NCBI RefSeq assembly: GCF_009914755.1
Contig: NC_060933.1
DNA: 64,000 nucleotides
DNA from: the human T2T-CHM13v2.0 reference genome, Homo sapiens
Strand: one strand, 5' to 3'
In this document: positions 55,427 through 64,000 of the stretch, in pieces
Layout: every line of letters starts with the position of its first letter
How positions within the stretch are numbered: the first letter of the stretch is position 1
The notes under the pieces: generated by a model
The model's input: the letters and a program-made list of their open reading frames with translations, nothing else
Told to the model about the DNA's origin: nothing
The model's database searches: none
Program-made: the position numbers and the translations under genes

Positions 55427-58184
55427 CCAGCCCTTCTCTATCCTTGAATAGCCTAGTTTTTCTTTAAAGAAGAGTCAGTACTTCATATCTCGGCTTTGTA
55501 ATGTGCAATCATTATTTAAAATGTCTTAATCTGGCCCCTGCACCTGCTTCTAGACTTGAAAAAATCTCAGTAAAGTCTGTTGCAGTAATCCTCAAATTGC
55601 TTAAAATTATGGTCACTCTTTTTGTTCAGATTTTATTTAGATTGTGTTTCGGGAACTGAAATTTCAATACTTCAATATAATATTTTTCCCTCAGTGTATC
55701 TGTGGAATAAGGAAATTCCAGATTAAGGTGAAAAAGAATGTTAAAGTTCTGAAGTGGTAATGATCACAGTGCCATGGCAGTACTGCAAGCAGCCTTCCAT
55801 GGTGGGAGCAAGTCAATACCTGGGCAAATTGTACAGGATGTGGTTACAGTGGGGAGGGACAAGTCAATCATTGAAGCACTGACTGCCTGTGAAAGAATTT
55901 GGAGCTTAATTACAATGAGTCATAATGCAATGGGTAGGCTTTGAGGGATTTGACATAGAAGTATTTATGGCTAGAGGTTGTTTAAAGAGGTATAGCAGAA
56001 ATTATAAATGCCATAGGGTCATATTAGTTACCTGTGCCACATTCCCAGCTCCCCCCACAACAAGAAAACGCTTATATAGTAATTATGTTGTTTTAATGAA
56101 CCTATAAATCAATGTTCATTACAGATTTTTTATCAATAGATAATTGATCATGGCTATGACTGAAAATAAATATCTTGCCTATTATGGGTTTTTACATCTT
56201 TAAAATGAAGATATTGGGCAAGATTGACACCTGAAAGTCACCGACCTAAGACCTGCTCAATTCATTAGTGTGATTTGTTCATGCTTAAATTAATATATGT
56301 AATGAGCTGTAAATGTACATTAATTTCAGTCTATTAAGTCGTTATTTATAATAAACATATCTTTTGGTAGGTAGTGGAAAGGGCAATGGGTTCAAATTTG
56401 AAGACCTAAATTCAGCTTACAGCTCTCTGCTATATTCTGTATTTATTTACTGGTATATATTTAACCTTTTGTTAGCCAGTTTCCTCATCAACAAATTTGA
56501 GCACACATACAGTATATATAAAATTACCATTTTAATTTTTTCTTGTTATAAATGCTCTATGCTATGCTATGGAGATATTTATAATTTTTTATCTTCATTT
56601 ACAAAATATACTGTGAGACACAAAACCTTCATTTAAAAACTAGCTTTGTGGAAATGCTATCTATTTCATTATGGTCAATGTTTACTTACAATAATATGTA
56701 GCAATGCTCTATGATGAAAAGCCAGCATAAAAACCTTATTGCTAAACTATTCACACCTTATAATACTCTTGATAGATTTGCACACATGGAGAGTTTATTT
56801 ATGCTTTCTAGATTATTTTTTAATATTTGCTATTAATTCCACATATTCTCGCTTTATTTGAAGAAAAATAGTCAAAAACTTTAGATTATTTAACAGGAAT
56901 TATTCTTACTATGAATAATGTGTGCTCACTTGCAAGAGGTTTTAATTATAACTCATCTTTGGAAACAAAAAGTAAAAATCCCAGTAAAAATCCATGTAAC
57001 ATAGGCATGTATTTTTTATAACTTTTTCTCTTGATATTGTGATAGGATTGGGGTAGGTGATATTACTGAACTGTTCTATTTCACACATTTGTAAGGGAAT
57101 TCTGAACACTCAATAAACACTTGCTGACTGAGGATTTGAAAATTCTTACCCTAGCTCACAGGAGCTAAACAATTGGTATATATCATCTTTATTCCTGAAA
57201 CTATACAGTGTCATTTCCTTTGTGTTTGGTTTACAAATCTGTGTTGAAGACAAATATACTAGGACATACTCACATATATATTTAGCTATAATTTTTATAT
57301 TTATATGCATATGGACTGTGAGTTGCATGTTTGTGTGTATGTAGTATTGAAGGTGAGATGAAGAGAGAAAGGTATTGCCATGATTTGTCACTATGATGCC
57401 ATATTAGAATCTCCCTTTAAAAATAATTTTGCATATATAATTCTCACAAGTATTGAGTTTCTGAGGAAGTAGGATACTTACTTATATTCAGTACAAATTG
57501 TTCATTCATTCTGGATTATTAGTTTCTTATCAGAAAGTATGTGGGGTAAACTGCCTACAGTGAATCTGTATATCCCAACATGAGTTTTATTAATGCCAAA
57601 AGGAATAACAAGACAGCATCACTGACCTTAAGCCAACATAAATAGTGTTAACTGCATAGCTACTAAATGTAGACCTTTAACCAGTTCTGCAAAGCCATTA
57701 TGAGATATTTTGCACTGTTTTCCCAGTATTATGTTTCTACACCCATATACACCATATAATACACACCATGCATAACACCGTATACATACACATATACATA
57801 CATATATGCCTTCTAAGTGTATATGGAATTCTCTGTGTATGTATGAAAATTCACTTCAAATCTATTATAAAGTAAAGTATTATCAGAAAAATGTAAATAT
57901 TCTACAGGAAATTAGAGGTGTTTTCCTGCATCTAAACTGACACTTTCCTTCCTTCTAACAACCAACAATTACCAAAAGAATTTTTTAATTGCTTTTGAAA
58001 CTCAGGTTAATAAATCCTGTTCTCTTTTAGAATGTTTGGAAAGAAATTTCTTTTACTCTCATTTTTGAAAGCACAGTCCACATTCCACTTCTTAAATATT
58101 TTCTAGATAGTTTTACAGAAAGAATGTGAAAGGTTTTAGGCATTTGCTCTTTGTGTAAGGTTTCACTTTATTCCCTCTAATTTT

Positions 58185-58375
58185 TCCACCTTCTAGTTGT
58201 GTGACTTTTGCCAAAATATTTAGACACCCCGAGCCTGTTTCTTGTCTACACAGTAAAGATAATGGCAATACCTACCTCAAAATATTTTTGGGAAAATTAA
58301 ATCAGGTCCTATTTCTTATGTGCTTAGCACTAAGTAAGGATTCAACAAGTGTTAGTGCTCATCAGTATCATCATC
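58185..58375 (+). mobile_element. MIR SINE
   Basis: TCTAGTTGTGTGACTTT...GATAATGGCAATACCTACCTCA. Confidence 0.7.
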
Positions 58376-58901
58376 ATCACCACATGTATTCCATAAATTG
58401 ATTCAAATGTTCTACTGTGCTTAGATGCCACTGTAAGTTTTTAGGAAAGATGACAGCTCTGAAGACTTCCTCTGGTTTAACATTAATAGTAAATTTTTTT
58501 GTCATGAACTGTCTAAACCTTATTTTTCTTAAGATTTCAATCTACAAATCTTATTATATTATTTAAAATTTACCTATTTCTATACAAAAATAAGATTTTT
58601 CTTATTCTGTAGAAAAAATTTGGATCGTCTCAAACTAAAAAGACTAAATTTCCTTAAATATCTAACTCCATTCATAAAATTGGGTTGTTTCTTAAATATT
58701 TTAAACTTCAATTTTATATTTAAAATATTTGTTTTTATTTTTAAGCAGTTTGAAAGCTTGACAGAACATAACCCAAAGAAGCAAAATATTAACCCTTAAT
58801 CAAATTATATAAATCTAATAAATTAAACTTATGGTAAATCAACTTATTTTGAAAATGTAAACAATGAATACATTTAGTCAGGTTTTCCTTATATTGTCTA
58901 A

Positions 58902-59250
<349 letters not shown>

Positions 59251-59894
59251 TAAAATGCTGAATTTTCTCAAAAATAAACATTTAATTAAAAATACACAGA
59301 TTATGCTGAACTTATGTAAAATTAATATTTACTTTATCTTACCAGCTCTATACTCAAACCTTTATCTTCCCAGAATAAAATAACCACTTATATGATTAAG
59401 AAAACAAAATTACCATCTCAGAGGAACTAAGATTATTTTATTTTTTAATGTATTCTTTTCAGCTTTCTATGTCATTAAGGAAAGTCATAAAAAGGAACAA
59501 AAAGCCACTACAGTTATTTTAACTTTTAAGCAACTGTTCTCAGTTCCTCCCCAGTCCACAGGTCAATACACTGAGTCCTTTTTACAGTTGTCACATCTAC
59601 AAGAGATCACAAGTGTCCAACTCTTTGTAATCTAAGATACAAATTTTTCTTCAATATTATTCTACAACTATACTTAGATTATGTTCAACTAATTACTCAA
59701 TAATTGGACTCTGTACTCCTTCATTACTTTTCTTTGCTGCCTAACCACAATTTGTGACAGTTTAGTGCTTCTTTCTAAGTCAAGTTTTTGGCTACTTCTG
59801 CTCTTACTCTCATAATGTGGTTCTCTATAGTCATTGTAATGACTTTTGGTATTTCTAGTATTTCCAATTTTTCCTTCATTTGTACTTTATTAAA

Positions 59895-60068
59895 CAAGGT
59901 CACCAAGCTATAGCCCAAGGGCCAGTTCTGGACACCTTATTAAATTATTAGCATCTATGGCTATTTTGCAACAGTGACATATTTGAGTAGTGTAACCAAA
60001 ACCATATGGCCTACAAATCCGAAAATATTTACTCTCTGGTCCTTTACAGCAAACTTTGGTGACTTGTG
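59895..60068 (+). mobile_element. MER58A (hAT-Charlie non-autonomous DNA transposon)
   Basis: CCATATGGCCTACAAATCCGAAAATATTTACTCTCTGGTCCTTTACAG; decayed terminal inverted repeats CAAGGTCACCAAG / CTTTGGTGACTTG. Confidence 0.78.
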
Positions 60069-60689
60069 TTTAATTTACATTAATATTAGGTATTCCTGGA
60101 ATCTTAACTCAAAACATCTAGTTGTCCTAACATTTCAATACTTTTGGTTATCATAGCAGCTGGCTATGGAATTAGCCTCATCCTCCTGAAACTGATTCCC
60201 CTAAAACATTTTATCAAAAAGGGCAATTGTCTCCACTATGTACCTTTAGAAATGGTAGACCTGCTCTCCCTTTTCCTTTCAGACTTTAGCTGCCTGAACT
60301 AATTTATACCCAGAGCTTAATTAGCTCCCTAACTGTATCTCCTATAAGTTGTCTTAGCAACACTTCGAAATGGGCATTTAAAATTGCTTTTGAAAGAGGC
60401 CAGTTCAGAATGAAATAAAACATTTTAATGTGAAAATCTATAGGATTTTCAAACAGAGTCAAGATAATCCTGACCTCTGAGAGGTTACAATTTGAATATA
60501 TTGAAGAGTATGGAAATAAACCTCAGATCTTTCATCATAAAGAAATGCTTATCTGTGAATACAGAATGAAGAATAATTTTTATACTATCAAGTTATTTAA
60601 TCATAAGTAGTAAATATGAGGTTGATTCGAGATTTCTGTATATCTTTTTAATTTAAAAAGGCAATTTACAAATATTTATTAGTGAATTA

Positions 60690-61000
60690 CTCTTTACCCC
60701 ACTTTAGGAACACTGAATCAAAATGAGCAAGATATTGCCCTTAATTCTAAAATATTTGTATGTTTATAGAGGAGATACATGTTTATGAATATAATTATCA
60801 CATAGCAAGCTACCCTAAGTGCTGTGAGAAATGTATTTTGCACAATGGGAGCACATGAGATTCACTTAAACCAGAAGATGTGGATGGGTTTATTGAGAAA
60901 GTCACAATAAGCAGTACCTTGAAATATGGGCGTTTTCTGAGGTGGAAATGAAAGAGACAAGTTTTTCAGATCAAGGGAACTTGTGCACCAGATATCCAGG
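60690..61000 (-). mobile_element. L2 fragment
   Basis: AATATTTATTAGTG...AAAATGAGCAAGATATTGCCC...AAGTGCTGTGAG. Confidence 0.5.
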
Positions 61001-62506
61001 CTAGAGATTAATCTTTTTGGTGCTACTAATTTCCTGGTATAATATGGTTGCAAAATGTTATCATTAACAATATTCTTGTCAGTAATAAAACTATTCGGCC
61101 AATCTTGTATTCAAATTTTAGCATTATACTTAAATGCTAGATATTCATTATGCAAAACAAAATTGTGATTTGAAAAGCCCATTGAAGTTTAAAAAGAAAA
61201 AAACATAAACAGACAATTGGTCTTTCCACGGTATAGCTTTTCAAAAAAAGATGAACTTGCTGCTGCAGCATTTTAAATATAGCATCAACAGACAGCACAA
61301 TTCTTTCTCTAATTTTCTCTATTAGATTTGTTCTTTCTTATGTTCTGAATAGCATTTCATTAGAACATACAAATATTAATATTTGAGGCCACATGCCAGG
61401 AGCATCACAAAAATATTCATTTATGTTTAAAACTAGAAAAGAGGCTACTCTTACATTTTCTTAAACCATATTTAATAAACAAAGTACTATTTTTTTCTAG
61501 GAGGTGCTGCTCTCACATTGAATACATCTGTGGCACAATTACACACAGAGATTGCTTCTCACGCAGGAAGCAAGTTGAAGGAGCACAATACCATCTTGTG
61601 TCAGCTACACACACCATCTCCTAACTAACATGGAGAAGAATGGTAGACTAAATTAATATGGAGAAAAGAATGGAAAAGAAACCCTGTTCCCTTTCTTGAA
61701 TAATCTGATAAATAAGTGTGTTATCTAGCATTGGATGCTCCCTGCCCCTCCCTTAACTTTTATTTATTTTTGTACCAAAATTGTCAAGAAAAAAATATCA
61801 GTTTCCTCAGTAATAGTCTTCCGTTTTGCTGTTGACCCCGCAAACAATCGCCCAACAGATTACTAAGCAATACTTTTTAATTGTGTGATCTGTTGAGTTG
61901 GGACCATGTCAACCGATAGTAATGACATTCAGAAAATTTTCTATAGTACAATTTAGTAACACTTCAGCCTTGTTTGGAACATTTTGGTAAGTCTATTTTC
62001 ACTAATTCTTGCCTTTTGTCTTTCATTGCAGTGAAAATTTGACATATCCCCAGACTGGACTGAGTGAGCTGCTTTAGGAAGCTGTATGTTTTTGGAATTT
62101 AATTCAAATTTAAATGAGGTTTCCTGCATGTTTGGACATTATACCTCAGAGCCGTGGGTGCCAGAGCCCTGTCCTATGAATGTGTCTCTTCTGAAAATTG
62201 CTCTAGGGATTGGTTTTACTGATTGGACAAAAAATATTTTGGACCAATTATAACAAAATAGCTCATTTCTCTTTTATATACATCATGCAATGTCTTCACA
62301 ATCAGATTATGAGATCTCTAATTACAGAAGAGGATTTTTATATTTCCTACTAGCAAACATTTGTCCACAAAAGTTATGAAAAACAGCTGTTATCTGGAAT
62401 GTGGCTTGAAATATATCCTGTTACTCTAAAATGGTATTGATATGATTTATAGTTGTCCTATTGCAGCGATTTTATAAGAACTCAATCCACAGCTCTTCTA
62501 ACATGT

Positions 62507-64000
62507 CTTGACAGCTTTATTGAGATACAATTTACACATTAAAAAACTGCATGCATTTAATATGTACAATTTGAATATTTTTGGCATATCTATGCCCATA
62601 GGAATTTATCATCTACAACCAAGAAAATCAACTCAGTCCCCTAAATTTTCTTCTGTCCCTATGTAATCCCTCTTCCTACCTGCCATCACTAGGTGGTATG
62701 GGCTAAATTGTGCACTGCCCATCCCCTCCCCTCCCATTTTATATGTTGAAGTCCTAATCCCTAGCACCTCAAAACATGACTGTGTTTGGAAACAGGCCTT
62801 CAAAGAGGTGATTAAGCTACAACAAGGCTGTTAGGATGAACCCTAATCTGATCTGACTGGTTTTCCTATAAGAAAAGAAAATTAAGACACACAAAGAGAT
62901 ACCAGGGTATATTTACACATAGAGGAGACCGCGTGAGGTACAAAGAGAGAAGGCAGCCATCTGCAAGCTAACAAAAGAAATCTCAGAATGAAATCAACCC
63001 ACCAACACCTGATTTCAGACTTCTAGCTTCTGAAACTGAGAGAAAATATCTGTTGTTTAAACCATCAGTCTGTGGTACTTTCTTAGAGCAGCCCTAGCAA
63101 ACTATCATACCAGGCAACCACTGACTAGCCTTCTGTCACTATAGATTAGATTGTATTTTCTGGAATTTTATATAAATGTACTCTTTTGGTCTGGCTTGTT
63201 TCATTCAGTATAAGTTATTTGAGATCCATCCATGTTGGGTTGTATCAATAATTCATTCCTTTTTATTATTAATATTTTGTTGAATGGATATACCACAGTT
63301 TATTCATCCATTTATTTGTTACTGGACATTTAGGTTGTTTTCTGGTTGAACTGTTACAAATCAAGCTTCTATGGACATTTATTTACAAGTCTTTTATGGA
63401 TATGTGCTTTCTTTGATCTTGGGTAAATATCCAAGGTTGGAATGGCTGGGTCATATGATAGGAGTATGCTAACCTCTTTAAGAAACTGCTAAACTATTTT
63501 CCAAAAATTGTACCATTTTACATTCCCACCAGCAGTCTTTGAGAGCTCCAGTTGCTCCGTATCTTTGCCTAAAACTAGTATGGTCCATCTTTTTTAATGT
63601 AATTGTTCTAATAGGTATATAACAGTATGCTATTGTGCTTTTTAAATTTGCATTGTATTATGACAGTGGTATTGATGATCATCTTTTCATTGCTTATTTA
63701 CCGAAGTACATCTTTTTTGGTAAAGTGTTTACATTTTTGCATTCTTTTTTGAGTTGTTTTTTTATTACTGAGTTTTGCAGTTTTTAAGTATATTCTGAAC
63801 CCAAGTTCTTAATCAAATAAATGACTTGAAAATATACTCAGTCTTTTTATTCTCTCACTAGAGTCTTTTACAGAATAGACATTTTTCATTTTAATTAAGT
63901 CTATTTATCAATTTATTATTTTATGGATCATTTGGTATTGCATTTGGAAAAATCTTTGCCTAACCGAAGGTCAAAATTCTTCTCTTACATTTTCTTCTAG
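62507..64000 (-). mobile_element. L1MB/MC-type 3' region (runs off window) interrupted by MLT1B
   Basis: ACAGCTTTATTGAGATACAATTTAC start; CCAGGCAACCACTGA; GGAATGGCTGGGTCATATG; CATTCCCACCAGCAGT. Confidence 0.85.
62694..63109 (+). mobile_element. MLT1B MaLR solo LTR
   Basis: TATATGTTGAAGTCCTAA...GAAGGCAGCCATCTGCAAG...GCAGCCCTAGCAAACTA; flanks CTAGG/CCAGG. Confidence 0.9.

Overview
AT-rich primate genomic DNA (human or great ape, inferred from AluY and an L1PA2-like element). I see no credible host protein-coding exon, CpG island, rRNA, CRISPR array or prokaryotic signal. The window is a mosaic of interspersed repeats: about 13 Alu/FLAM copies, L1s of many ages (L1PA2-like to L1ME), about 14 solo LTRs (MaLR THE1/MST/MLT1, ERVL MLT2/LTR16, MER21- and MER34-like), MIR, L2, MER58A and microsatellites. 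The only ORFs in the track with a recognisable product are LINE-1 ORF2 fragments. The most interesting signals are small structural events readable directly from the sequence: (1) a retroposed 5' half of tRNA-Gly(TCC) ending in the anticodon, with a target-site duplication (TSD); (2) a perfect 57-bp duplication 647 bp apart, one copy interleaved with a (TA)n microsatellite; (3) two independent 5'-inverted (twin-primed) L1 insertions, one young and one old; (4) a 37-bp-stem AT-rich inverted repeat and a 33-bp quasi-palindrome; (5) an AluY lacking its 3' end but with a tail and a perfect 17-bp TSD; (6) an Alu nested antisense in another Alu. Repeat subfamily names come from remembered consensus sequences and need RepeatMasker/Dfam confirmation. 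I found no evidence for a new multi-gene system.
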